Shown here in pieces: positions 19,195 to 28,733 of a stretch of DNA of 37,821 nt (position 1 is its first letter; every line of letters starts with the position of its first letter). The translations under genes were made by a program, and so were the position numbers. Source of the stretch: Candidatus Sericytochromatia bacterium (lineage in GTDB: Bacteria > Cyanobacteriota > Sericytochromatia > S15B-MN24 > JAQBPE01); the NCBI GenBank assembly GCA_035285125.1, contig JAYKHR010000049.1, positions 1 through 37,821 of the forward strand. Direction: 5' to 3'. The notes beneath the pieces are model-generated. The model saw only the letters and a program-made list of their open reading frames with translations, was not told the origin of the DNA and did not search any database.

Positions 19195-19887
19195 TTGAGC
19201 AGCGAGACGTTGAACCAGCGACATCGTCGGATCGTGGAGGCGGCTGCTGACGCAGCTTCCCGAGCGGGCCGAGACCCCTCGCGGGTCGAGTTGGTCGCGG
19301 TCACCAAGCACGCGTCGCCTGAAGCCTTGACGGCCGCGCACGCCTTGGGGATCCGCCGCTTCGGGGAGAGCCGGATTCAAGATGCGTTGCCGAAGATGGC
19401 GGAACTGGCGCCCCTGGCGCCAGAGTGGCACTTCATTGGGCATCTCCAGACCAACAAGGTGAAGCGCGTGGTGGGGGCCTTCTCCCTCATTCACTCCGTG
19501 GACTCCTGGCGGCTGGCAGAGGTTATTCACGATGAGGCCACGGCCCGCAATCTGGTCCAGGCTGTCCTGATTCAGGTCAACACCTCTGGCGAGGCGAGTA
19601 AGTTTGGCATTTCCCCGGAAGAAGCGCCGGCGGTGATCGGGCAGATGGCCCGAGACCTCCGGGGCGTGGAGCTCAGAGGTCTGATGACCATGGCCCCGCG
19701 CAGCGACGACCCCGAGGATGCCCGACGGTCCTTCAGGCGGTGTCGGGAGTTGCTCTCGCGCCTCGCAGGCGTCCTGCCGGAGGGGCATCGGTTCGACCAG
19801 CTGTCCATGGGGATGACGCAGGATTACACGGTCGCCGTCGAAGAGGGCGCCACGCTGATACGGATAGGGTCGGGGCTGTTCCGCTGA
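19195..19887 (+). CDS. yggS: PLP homeostasis protein YggS/PipY
   Basis: 'LVAVTK' (PLP lysine), 'FGESRIQ', 'WHFIGHLQTNK', 'LSMGMTQDY', 'RIGS'. Start moved to TTG 19195 because the ORF-track start 19120 lies inside the promoter. Confidence 0.93.
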   Translation: MSSETLNQRHRRIVEAAADAASRAGRDPSRVELVAVTKHASPEALTAAHALGIRRFGESRIQDALPKMAELAPLAPEWHFIGHLQTNKVKRVVGAFSLIHSVDSWRLAEVIHDEATARNLVQAVLIQVNTSGEASKFGISPEEAPAVIGQMARDLRGVELRGLMTMAPRSDDPEDARRSFRRCRELLSRLAGVLPEGHRFDQLSMGMTQDYTVAVEEGATLIRIGSGLFR

Positions 19888-19961
19888 GGGCCACGACCAG
19901 GAAGCCAGACCCCACCAGGGACGGTTTTTTTCGGTACATCAATCCGATAGGAGGAAGTTCG

Positions 19962-20462
19962 ATGGGCGCCGGGTTCATGCAGACGCTTCAAGGCATCTTC
20001 GGTCTCGACACCGAGGAAGAGGTCTACGGCGAGGACGACGACTTCGAGCGTGAGCAGCCCAAGCAGGGGGCCCACGCCAAGAGCGTGCAGCCCGCTCAGG
20101 TCAACCCTGCCCCCACGCCCGTGGCGTCGCCGCGCAGCAACATCGTCGGGCTGCCCACGTCGTCGAGCCACGAGGTGGTGGTGATCGAGCCGCGGTCATT
20201 CGACGAGGCCCTGGCCATCTTGGACAACCTCCGCTCCCGGAAGGCCGTGATCCTGAACCTGATGGGGCTCGCCCCTGAGCAGTCGCAGCGGCTCGTCGAC
20301 TTCGTGTCGGGCGCCTGCCACGCCCTCGACGGTCACCAGGACAAGATTGGCGAGTCCATTTTCCTCTTCACGCCCTCCAACGTGGTCATCAACACCTTCC
20401 ACTCGGAGCGCGATTGGATGGGGTCGCCCCAACCCAAGGACCTGTTCTGGCGGGTTCGCTGA
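19962..20462 (+). CDS. sepF: Cell division protein SepF
   Basis: AGGAGG then ATG 19962; N-terminal amphipathic 'FMQTLQGIFG'; 'EPRSFDEA..KAVILNL..QRLVDFVSG..IFLFTPSNV'. Confidence 0.93.
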   Translation: MGAGFMQTLQGIFGLDTEEEVYGEDDDFEREQPKQGAHAKSVQPAQVNPAPTPVASPRSNIVGLPTSSSHEVVVIEPRSFDEALAILDNLRSRKAVILNLMGLAPEQSQRLVDFVSGACHALDGHQDKIGESIFLFTPSNVVINTFHSERDWMGSPQPKDLFWRVR

Positions 20463-20481
20463 ATCCCGACGTTCGACTGAC

Positions 20482-20513
20482 AGGAGGCCGGCCCGCAAGG
20501 GCCGGCGATTCGC
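20482..20513 (+). promoter_or_regulatory. SD sequence followed by a GNRA-capped hairpin upstream of proC
   Basis: AGGAG (20482-20486), stem GCCGGCCC-GCAA-GGGCCGGC (20487-20506), then 7 nt to TTG 20514. Confidence 0.6.
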
Positions 20514-21335
20514 TTGATGGCAGAACTTGCGCTCATAGGCGGTGGGGCGATGGGGGAGGCCCTGATCCGGGGCATCCTGGCCCGGGGGCTGTACCCGGCG
20601 ACGGCCCTGATGATCAGCGACCCCCTGGAGGCCCGCCGCGAGTACCTCGCCTCCGAGTTCGGCGTCCAGGTCACGGATGACAACCGGGCCTGCGTCGTGG
20701 CCCCGCACGTCCTGCTGGCCGTCAAGCCCAACCAGATGGCGGTGGTGCTGGACCCCTTGCGGGAGCACTGGCGCCCCGGCACCCTGCTGACGTCGATCCT
20801 GGCGGGCAAGACCTTGGCCGACCTCGCGGGCCACCTGCCGGCGGGCATGCCGATTGTCCGCGTGATGCCCAACACGCCCTCGCTGCTGGGCGAAGGGATG
20901 GCGGCCCTCACGGCGAACGCCGCCACCACGCCGGAGCAAAAGGCGCGGGCGGCTGGCCTGTTCGAGGCCGTCGGCGAGGTCGCAGAACTCCCCGAAGGCT
21001 ACTTCGACATCGTCACAGGCCTCTCGGGCAGCGGCCCCGCCTACATCTTCTTGATCATCGAGGCCCTCATCGAGGCCGGCGTGTACAACGGGCTCCCGCG
21101 TCGCGTCGCCCGGCAGCTGGTGCTGCAGACCGTTATCGGCAGCAGCCGGATGGTCAAAGAGACGGGGATGCACCCGGCCGAACTCAAGGAGCAGGTGACC
21201 TCACCGGGCGGCACCACCGCCGCCGGGTTGCAGGTCCTCGAGGCCGCCGCGCTCCGCTCCATCTTGATCCAGGCGGTGAAGGCCGCGACGGACCGCTCCG
21301 CTGCGATGTCTGGCGACCCCAAGCCCGTTCCCTGA
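20514..21335 (+). CDS. proC: Pyrroline-5-carboxylate reductase
   Basis: 'IGGGAMG', 'LAVKP', 'RVMPNTP', 'SGSGPAY', 'VTSPGGTT'; start TTG 20514 or ATG 20517. Confidence 0.95.
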   Translation: MMAELALIGGGAMGEALIRGILARGLYPATALMISDPLEARREYLASEFGVQVTDDNRACVVAPHVLLAVKPNQMAVVLDPLREHWRPGTLLTSILAGKTLADLAGHLPAGMPIVRVMPNTPSLLGEGMAALTANAATTPEQKARAAGLFEAVGEVAELPEGYFDIVTGLSGSGPAYIFLIIEALIEAGVYNGLPRRVARQLVLQTVIGSSRMVKETGMHPAELKEQVTSPGGTTAAGLQVLEAAALRSILIQAVKAATDRSAAMSGDPKPVP

Positions 21336-21351
21336 CCCGAGAGGCCCCCCG

Positions 21352-21627
21352 ATGTTCACCACGCTCGCCACCACGATCTCCCTGGTCGGGAACGCCCTGA
21401 CGCTGATCATCTTCATCCGGGCGTTGCTGACGCTCTTCCCGGCGATCGACCCTTACCACCCCGTGGTGCGCACGCTCGACTCCGTCTGCAACCCCATCCT
21501 GTCAGGCTTCAGGCGGTTGATGCCCCCTGTCGGGTTCATCGACCTCTCGCCCCTGCTCGCCATCTTCGCGATTGAGCTCGTGACCAGGGTCCTGGTCCAC
21601 CTCCTGCTCGGGCTCGCGAGGGGCTGA
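21352..21627 (+). CDS. yggT: YggT/YlmG family membrane protein
   Basis: 'NPILSGFRRLMPPVGFIDLSPLLA'; typical context after sepF/proC. Confidence 0.9.
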   Translation: MFTTLATTISLVGNALTLIIFIRALLTLFPAIDPYHPVVRTLDSVCNPILSGFRRLMPPVGFIDLSPLLAIFAIELVTRVLVHLLLGLARG

Positions 21628-21637
21628 ACGTCAGCGG

Positions 21638-24600
21638 TCAGGGGGCCTGTCCGGCGGCCCTGGCCTTGGCCTCGGCGGCCTCGGCCTCGGCCTTCTCCTG
21701 GGCTTCCTTGCGCTTGAGTTCCTCCGGAGAGAGCATGCCCTCGCGCCAGATCTGCACCTGGTTGCGGCCGCCGGCCTTGCAGGCGTAAAGGGCGGTGTCT
21801 GCCCGTTCGAGCATCTCGGCCACGCGCTCGTCGGTGGGGAGTAGGCAGCTGACGCCCAAGGAGGCCGTGATCTGTCGGACGGGCTTGCCCTCGAGGTCCG
21901 TCATCTCGACGTTGCAGATGGCCTCACGGATGCGATCGGCCACCCGCGCTGCGCCGGGGGCGTCCGTGTCGGGGCAGAGCACGACGAACTCTTCGCCGCC
22001 GAACCGGCACGGGATGTCCGAGGCGCGCACGATCTGGGGCAGCACCCGACCCACGACCTTGAGCACCTCGTCCCCCACGGCGTGGCCGTAGGTGTCGTTG
22101 AACTTCTTGAAGTGATCCACATCCAGCATGATCACCGCCATGTTGCGGTGCTGCCGCTTGGAGAGCTCGATCTCGCGGGCCGACTGGTCCTGGAAGAAGC
22201 GGCGGTTGTAGAGGCCCGTCAGCATGTCGGTGGTGGCTTCGTGCTCCGCCCGCCGGTACATCTCCAGGGCTTGCTCCAGCTCGGCGGCCCGGTGATTCAG
22301 GCTGGTGTAAAGCGTCGCGTTCTCGATCGCGCCGGAGCTGTGGCCGGCAATGGCGCGGAGCAGGTCGAGATCCTTCTCCGTGAACGTCGTGACCACGGCC
22401 TGGCTGTCGACGTACAGCACGCCGAGGCTCTTGCCTTTGGCTTGCAGGGGCACACACATCAGCGTCCGCAGATTGAGCGACATGATGGATTTCGCCGTCT
22501 GGAACTCCTCGTCGGTGGTGGCATCGACGACGGTGATGGCCTGGCCAGTCGAGAGCACCTTCTGGCAGATCGACATGGAGATGCGCTCGTCGAGCAGGGC
22601 GCCGCCGCTGCGGTCGAAGGCGGCCCGACAGACTAGCACGTCGCCGGCGTTCTCGTCGCGCAGCATCAAGAACCCGCGCTCGGCCTGGGTGACCTCCAGC
22701 GTGAGCTGCACGACCAGGTTGAGCACCTCGTCGACGACGAGGGTCTCGTTGATCTTCTCGGCGAGCTCGTTGAGCATCTCCAGCTGACGGCTGCGCTGCG
22801 CCATCTCCGAGGCTGCGGCCGCGTTGCGCACGGCCAGGACGGCCTGGTCAGCCAGCCTGCTCGCGTGGAGCACGTCGCCCTCTTCGAACAGCCGCCCGTC
22901 CGCACCCTCGCGGTCGAGGTACAGCTCGCCGACGACCGCGCCCGACAGCTTCAGCGGCACGGCGATCGCCGTTTGCAGCGACAGCTTGTCCACCCGCACG
23001 GCCTGGCTCGTCCGCTCATCATCCTGCGCATCCCGGACCAGCACGCCCGCGCCCGTCTCGCGGGCCTCCCCGGTGAGCTTGGTGGCGACGGCCCAGTCGG
23101 CCTGGTAGCCCCCGTCCGGCCGGATGCCACGCAGCGCCTGGCCCTGCAGTGACCCCGTATCCAAGATCAGGAAGCCCCGCTGGGCCTCCACCTCGCGCAT
23201 CAGGGCGTCGAGCGCGCGGGTCATGGCCTGGATGGGGTCGCGCACCTCCGTGAGCGCCCCGGAGAACTCCAACACGCGCTCCAGCCTGGCGTGCTCCTCT
23301 TCCAGCTCCGCCATCTCGGACTGCGTCGCGTTGACCCTGGCTGCCAGGTCCAACATCTCGCGGCCCAGCACGGAGAGCCTGTCGCCGAGCGGCCCCCCGG
23401 GGGCTGCGGCCACGAGGACGGCCCCGGCCGCGTCCATCGGCTCGCCGGCCAGCACGCGCGCGCGCTCCGGGTAGGCCACGAACCAGGTGCGCGGCTCCTC
23501 GTCGAACTCTGCCACGAGCGCGCGCAGCAGCTTCTGGGCCTCCGTCAGCTTCTGCTTGCCACCGCGACCCCGCGGCTCGGCGGAGGCCTGCCCGTGCAGG
23601 GCCAGGGCCCGCAACAACGGGTTGGCCAGGAGCGTCGCTTCCGCGTGCGCCGTCTCGTAGTGGCCCGCGGCCAGGTCCACCCGCCCCGCCTGGAGGGCGT
23701 TCTCGCCACGCAGGCAGGCCAGCATCGCCACCTGGTAGCGGGCCCCGATGGCCTGCGCCGTCTCGAAGGCCTCGGTCGCGAGGCGCTCGACCTCCTCCTG
23801 CTTGCCCTCCCGCAGGGCCGCCCAGGCGAGCGCCCGCAGGGCCCGGACCAGGATGCCCTTGGCATGGGTCCGGCGGGCTGCCGCGACGGACGTCTCGATC
23901 AGGGCCCGGCCCGCCGCGACCTCGCCGAGGCGCACCAGCACCTCGCCGCTCAGCGTCTGCATGCGGCTCTCGGGCTCGGTGTTGCCCGTCTCGGCGATGA
24001 GCGCCTTGAGCGTTTCTCCGGTGTCCTGCGCGTCCGTCAGCCGCCCGAGGAAGAGCTGCACCTCGAGCAGGTACTGGAGCACGAGGGCCTCCAGGTACTT
24101 GTTCTGGATTTCCCGCGCCAGGTCGAGCGCCTGCACCAGGCCATCCAAGCCCTTGGTCAGCTCCCCGCGGTAGGCGGCTGCGGCAGCTTCCAGCGTGTAG
24201 GCCATGCCGAGCGGGAACTTCGAGTTCAACGCCGTTGCAATCACGTTGGCGTCCCTGCTGAGCCGGATGGTTTCATCGAAGGCCCCCAGCTCGAACGCCG
24301 TGATGGCAAGGTTCAGCAGGGCGAAGATCTCCTCGTCCTTGAGGCCGATCTCCGCGCAGATCTTGTGGTTGAGCTGGAACGTGTCCCAGGCATCGCGGAA
24401 GTTGCCCTGCATGTTCTGCGCGTTGCCGAGCAGGTTGTAGGAGTTGTTGAGGCCGATGCGGTCACCCAGGTCGCCCAGGATGGCCACGGATTCCTTGAGG
24501 TTACTCTCCCCCTCGGCAAGCTTGTCCGGGTCGCCGGAGACGTACATGAGCCCGACGAAGCCCAGGGCCTCGCCGATGTAGGTCGGGACCTGGGCCTCGC

Positions 24601-27097
24601 GGGCCAGCGACAGGGCCCGGGCCGTTTGCTCGACGGCCTCCGTGAGCTTGCCCGTGAAGTAGTTGACGCGGCAGCTGGTCAGCAAGCAGCGGGCCGCCCC
24701 GGCGGCGTCACCACCCGCCAGGCAGACGTCCAGCGAGCGGTCTGTCAGCGCGAGCGCGGTCGGGTAGTCGTTGGCCATTTGGGCCACCTTGGCGGCCGAG
24801 GTCAGCATGCGCCCCAGGTGGAAGGTCTCCCCGAGCGTCTCGGCCAGAGGAATGGCCGTGTTGAGGGCCTCGCGGGCCTCTTCGGCCCTGCCGGACACCC
24901 GGCAGACGTCCCCCAGCGTTCGCAGGTACTCCAGCTTGGTCCGCTGGCGGGGAGTGGCAAGCGGAGCCGTGGCCTCCTCCGCCGTGACGACAAGCAGGCC
25001 GGCCGTCAGGAACCGATGCGCGTCGGCGTTGGCGTAGAGGCTTGCGCTCCGCATGCCCGCCTCGAGGGCGTAGGTGACGGTCTTTTCCGGTTCGTCCGCG
25101 TGCATCGCGTGGTGGGCCAGCGCCGTCACGAGCGCCAGCGGCGCCTCGGCCAGCGCCGCGGGCAGTTCGCCCTCGAGGGCCTCCGCCACCTGCCGGTGCA
25201 GCGCCACCTTGGTGTCAGGCTCCAAGTTGGCGTAAATGACCTCCTGGAGTTGGCCCTGGGTGAAGCGATAGGCGCCATCCTCGGTGCGGGTGAAGATGCC
25301 GTTCTCGGCCAGCTCTCCGAGCGCGTCGAACAGCGCGTCCTCGCCGAGGCCGGACACGCGTAGCAGCAGGTCGAGGCCGATCTCGCGCCCCAGCACCGCG
25401 CCGATCCGGGCCAGAGAGGTGGCAACCTCGGAGAGCGCCGCGAGCTTCTCCAGCAGCAGCCCCTGCAGGTTGCTCGGCATTTGATCCGGCGTCAGCGTCA
25501 GGTCGGTGTTCCAGCGTCCCCTGCGCTTCACGAGCGTGCCATTGCGCACAAGGTGCTCCAGCAGGCCCTCGACGAAGAACGGGTTGCCCTCAGAGAAGGT
25601 GGCGATCTGGTCCAGGAAGGTCTCGCCGACCGCCCCCACGCCCAGCATCGAGCCCACCATGCGCGAGATCGCCTCGCCAGCAAGCGGCTGCAGCGTCAGC
25701 ACCTCGACCAGGGGACGCCAGCTGGGCTCCCCATCCAGCGCGCCCCGGTGGTTGAGCACGAACGCCAGCGCCTGCTCTCGCGTGTTGCGCAGGATGTATG
25801 CCAGCAACTCGGCCGACAGCGGGTCGGCCCACTGCCAGTCCTCCAAGACGACCACCGTGCCCCTGCGCTGAGCCAGCGCGGCGATGACCTCCGAGACGGT
25901 GGCCTGCAGCCGCAGCTTCTCCTTGGAGGGCGGATCGAGGTCGGGGGCCGCGGGCACGCCGAGCTCTGGCAGGAGCTTCACGAGGATCGGGGCGTGCCGC
26001 TCCAGCGCCTCCGGTGCGTGCAGGCGCAAGGACGGCAACAGGGCCCTGAGGGCCTCGACGAAGGGCCCGTAGGGCGCCGTGCCCTGCTCGTAGGCGGCGC
26101 CCACGACGAACGGCAGGTTCTCCATCTGGACGGCGAAGCGGAACTCCTCGGCGAGCCTGCTTTTGCCCGCGCCAGCGGGGCCCGCGACGAGCAGCGCCCC
26201 GCCCGAGCGGCCCTGCTTGAGGGCCTCCAGCCGCCCGAGCAGGGCGTCGAGCTCGCCATCCCGCCCCACGAACGGGGCCGACAGCAGCACGCCGCCGGCC
26301 CCCTCAGCCACGGCGACGCCCAGTTCTTCGAGGACGTCGAAGGCCGACTGGAACCGGGCCGTCGGGTCCTTCTGCATGAGCCTGAGCACCAGCGCCTCGA
26401 GGTCCGGTGCCACGTCCGGCGCGTGGACGGAGGGCGGCGTCGGCGCCTCGGTGGTGTGCGCCTTGATGATCTCCACGGGGTTCGTGCCTGGGAAGGGCAG
26501 CCTGCCTGTCAGCATCTGGTAGCCGAGGCAACCCATCGCGTACAGGTCCGAGCGCTGGTCGATGCGGCCACCGCGCGCCATCTCCGGCGACATGTAGCCC
26601 AGCGTGCCCTTGATGGCGCCGCTGCTTCGACCGGCGCGCTCCATCAGGCCGAAGTCCATCAGGCGGACCTCTCCGTCCGGCCGGACGCGCGCGTTTTCGT
26701 CCTTGATGTCGCAGTGGACGAAGCCCAGCTGGTGGATGTAGCCGAGGGCCATCAGCAGCTGGCTGAAGATCTTCCGGAACGTGTCGCCATCGACGGGGAG
26801 GAGTTCGTCCAGCCCGTGGCCCGGCACGACCTCCATCGTCAGGAACGGGGCGCCGTCCGCCAGCTGCCCGTAGTCGTAGACCGCGCAGCAGTTCGGGTGT
26901 TTCAGGGCCGCCATCTGGCGGAACTCCTGCTTGAACTGGAGGATGGTCTCTTCGCTGGCGCCGAGCCGAGACGACAGCACCTTCAGCGCCACCTGCTGGG
27001 AGGTGGTGGTGTCCTCGACTAGGTTTACCACGCCCATGCCACCTTCGCCGAGCTTCTTGAGGAGCTTGTAGCGGCTGGCGATGACTTCCGTCGTCAT
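21638..27097 (-). CDS. Ser/Thr kinase - STAND/AAA ATPase - TPR - GAF - GAF - diguanylate cyclase multidomain protein (1819 aa)
   Basis: ATG 27097 after GAGG; LGEGGMGVV, VALK, HCDIKDEN, DFG, YMSPE; GPAGAGKS, VVLEDWQWAD, GNPFF; TPRs; two GAFs; DVDHFKKFNDTYGH..GD, I-site RASD, RFGGEEF. Confidence 0.92.
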   Translation of the reverse strand: MTTEVIASRYKLLKKLGEGGMGVVNLVEDTTTSQQVALKVLSSRLGASEETILQFKQEFRQMAALKHPNCCAVYDYGQLADGAPFLTMEVVPGHGLDELLPVDGDTFRKIFSQLLMALGYIHQLGFVHCDIKDENARVRPDGEVRLMDFGLMERAGRSSGAIKGTLGYMSPEMARGGRIDQRSDLYAMGCLGYQMLTGRLPFPGTNPVEIIKAHTTEAPTPPSVHAPDVAPDLEALVLRLMQKDPTARFQSAFDVLEELGVAVAEGAGGVLLSAPFVGRDGELDALLGRLEALKQGRSGGALLVAGPAGAGKSRLAEEFRFAVQMENLPFVVGAAYEQGTAPYGPFVEALRALLPSLRLHAPEALERHAPILVKLLPELGVPAAPDLDPPSKEKLRLQATVSEVIAALAQRRGTVVVLEDWQWADPLSAELLAYILRNTREQALAFVLNHRGALDGEPSWRPLVEVLTLQPLAGEAISRMVGSMLGVGAVGETFLDQIATFSEGNPFFVEGLLEHLVRNGTLVKRRGRWNTDLTLTPDQMPSNLQGLLLEKLAALSEVATSLARIGAVLGREIGLDLLLRVSGLGEDALFDALGELAENGIFTRTEDGAYRFTQGQLQEVIYANLEPDTKVALHRQVAEALEGELPAALAEAPLALVTALAHHAMHADEPEKTVTYALEAGMRSASLYANADAHRFLTAGLLVVTAEEATAPLATPRQRTKLEYLRTLGDVCRVSGRAEEAREALNTAIPLAETLGETFHLGRMLTSAAKVAQMANDYPTALALTDRSLDVCLAGGDAAGAARCLLTSCRVNYFTGKLTEAVEQTARALSLAREAQVPTYIGEALGFVGLMYVSGDPDKLAEGESNLKESVAILGDLGDRIGLNNSYNLLGNAQNMQGNFRDAWDTFQLNHKICAEIGLKDEEIFALLNLAITAFELGAFDETIRLSRDANVIATALNSKFPLGMAYTLEAAAAAYRGELTKGLDGLVQALDLAREIQNKYLEALVLQYLLEVQLFLGRLTDAQDTGETLKALIAETGNTEPESRMQTLSGEVLVRLGEVAAGRALIETSVAAARRTHAKGILVRALRALAWAALREGKQEEVERLATEAFETAQAIGARYQVAMLACLRGENALQAGRVDLAAGHYETAHAEATLLANPLLRALALHGQASAEPRGRGGKQKLTEAQKLLRALVAEFDEEPRTWFVAYPERARVLAGEPMDAAGAVLVAAAPGGPLGDRLSVLGREMLDLAARVNATQSEMAELEEEHARLERVLEFSGALTEVRDPIQAMTRALDALMREVEAQRGFLILDTGSLQGQALRGIRPDGGYQADWAVATKLTGEARETGAGVLVRDAQDDERTSQAVRVDKLSLQTAIAVPLKLSGAVVGELYLDREGADGRLFEEGDVLHASRLADQAVLAVRNAAAASEMAQRSRQLEMLNELAEKINETLVVDEVLNLVVQLTLEVTQAERGFLMLRDENAGDVLVCRAAFDRSGGALLDERISMSICQKVLSTGQAITVVDATTDEEFQTAKSIMSLNLRTLMCVPLQAKGKSLGVLYVDSQAVVTTFTEKDLDLLRAIAGHSSGAIENATLYTSLNHRAAELEQALEMYRRAEHEATTDMLTGLYNRRFFQDQSAREIELSKRQHRNMAVIMLDVDHFKKFNDTYGHAVGDEVLKVVGRVLPQIVRASDIPCRFGGEEFVVLCPDTDAPGAARVADRIREAICNVEMTDLEGKPVRQITASLGVSCLLPTDERVAEMLERADTALYACKAGGRNQVQIWREGMLSPEELKRKEAQEKAEAEAAEAKARAAGQAP

Positions 27098-27221
27098 GGG
27101 ACCTCGTCTCTGGGCCCACCGGGCCGAGCGCGCGGGGTGGTGCGTGCCGCGCATGTCATGGAGTCAATACCCCTCCGGCTGCCGCGCATAACGTCAGGGC
27201 GAATGGCCGGGAAGCGGCGCC

Positions 27222-28652
27222 CTACGGCGATTTTGACGCGGCGTGCCGCTTCTCGTCGTCCGAAGCTGGGCGCCACTCCAGCCCCCCCCAAACCAGGTTT
27301 TCGCCGGAGGGCAGCGTGCGGGCAAACTGGGCGAGCAGGCCGTACTGCTGCTGCGAGAAGGGGAAGTAGGTGGCCCCGAGGCGGATCGTCGGTCGGTTGG
27401 GGTCGTAAATTTGGCCCATCAGCTGGATGCGGTTCGGCAGGGCGTAGTCGATCCCCACGCCAATCTTGGAGCGGATCAGGCCAAAGTGGTAGCCTGCGGG
27501 GCCCCACACGTGGGTGTCACCCAGCGTGAGGTTGAAGAACGGCCCCTCGCCGACCTGCTCCACGCCGGCCGTGATCGTGTTGGTCTGGAGCTTCAGCTTC
27601 ACCCCGAGGTTGGCTGCGAGCCCCGTGCCGGCCGCCGGGTACATCGCGATGCCCTGCACCGTGGGCTCGAGCGAGAAGCCCTGCAGGTTCCTGGGCTCCG
27701 TGATGGCTGCCGCCCCCGTCAGGCCCCGCGTGAGGTCCCGGATGTTGCGCACCGTGTCTCGGATGTCCTGCTGGACGTTCGGGTCGCCCGCCGTGTTGTT
27801 CATGGTTGTCACGAGCTGGTCGAGGCGCGAGATGAGGTGGCGCACATCGGAGACGCTGCGCTTGTTCGCGGCTTGCTGGCCCGGGCCGAACAGCGCGTCG
27901 AGCGTGCGCGAGACGTTGCGCGTGACCTGCCGCACGTCGCGAACGGCCGCCGCGACCTCCTTCGGGGAGGTTGCCGCGACGAGCCTCTCGCTGCCGGCGG
28001 AGAGCCGGCTCAGCGAGGCGATGAGGTCGTTGAGGCCCTTGGGTGTGCTGGACAGGCCGTCGAGCAGGCTGGAGGCCTTCGTGCCGAGCTGGTCGACCGT
28101 TTTGGTCGTGTGGGCCAGGTTCTGGGCCGTCTCAGCGAAGAGCTTCTCGAACTTCTTGGGATCCGCGGCCTTGCGGAACTCCTGGAAGGTGTCCGTGACC
28201 TCGTCGAGGACGAGTTCCAGCCGGGACGGGTCCTCGCCCCGCACGGCGTCGTCCGGCTTCAGCCACACGATGGGGACCGGGCTCGGGGTCGGCTGGCCGG
28301 TGCGCGCCAAGGGCGCCTTGGGAGGGAAGATCTCCAGCGCCTTCTCCCCGATGATGCCGAGCGACATGATCTTGTAGCGACCGTTGGCAGGCAGCTGCAG
28401 GGTCGCATCGTCCACGTGGACGGACACCTCGATCAGGGGCCCTCGTGGCGTCAACGTCTCGATGCGTCCCACGCGCAGGCCCATGTACCGCACCGTGGCC
28501 CCAGGCAGCAGGCCGGCCACGTCCGCGAACCGGACCTGGAAAGAATAGCCCTTCGGCGTGAGGGAGACGTGCGTCAGCCAGCTCAGGCCGGCGCCGAGGG
28601 CGAAGACCGAGAACAGGGTGGCTGCGCCGACTTTGGCTGCTGGAGAAAGCAC
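27222..28652 (-). CDS. mlaD: MlaD/MCE family protein with long helical region and probable C-terminal beta-barrel
   Basis: N-terminal TM, MCE 'FADVAGLLPGATVRYMGLRVGRI..SLGIIGEKALEI', helical mid-section, alternating beta-strand-like C-terminus; follows mlaE-mlaF. Confidence 0.85.
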   Translation of the reverse strand: MLSPAAKVGAATLFSVFALGAGLSWLTHVSLTPKGYSFQVRFADVAGLLPGATVRYMGLRVGRIETLTPRGPLIEVSVHVDDATLQLPANGRYKIMSLGIIGEKALEIFPPKAPLARTGQPTPSPVPIVWLKPDDAVRGEDPSRLELVLDEVTDTFQEFRKAADPKKFEKLFAETAQNLAHTTKTVDQLGTKASSLLDGLSSTPKGLNDLIASLSRLSAGSERLVAATSPKEVAAAVRDVRQVTRNVSRTLDALFGPGQQAANKRSVSDVRHLISRLDQLVTTMNNTAGDPNVQQDIRDTVRNIRDLTRGLTGAAAITEPRNLQGFSLEPTVQGIAMYPAAGTGLAANLGVKLKLQTNTITAGVEQVGEGPFFNLTLGDTHVWGPAGYHFGLIRSKIGVGIDYALPNRIQLMGQIYDPNRPTIRLGATYFPFSQQQYGLLAQFARTLPSGENLVWGGLEWRPASDDEKRHAASKSP

Positions 28653-28733
28653 CTGGGAGGCCTCGAGGCTGGATGCGGGCGTGCGCTTTCACCTATACCC
28701 CGGCACGGGCCATGGCAGGCAGGGGGCGCCCGG

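Noticed and set aside
19905..19931. Intrinsic terminator between yggS and sepF
   Set aside because: A T7 tract is present but the preceding stem is short and bulged; at most a weak attenuator.
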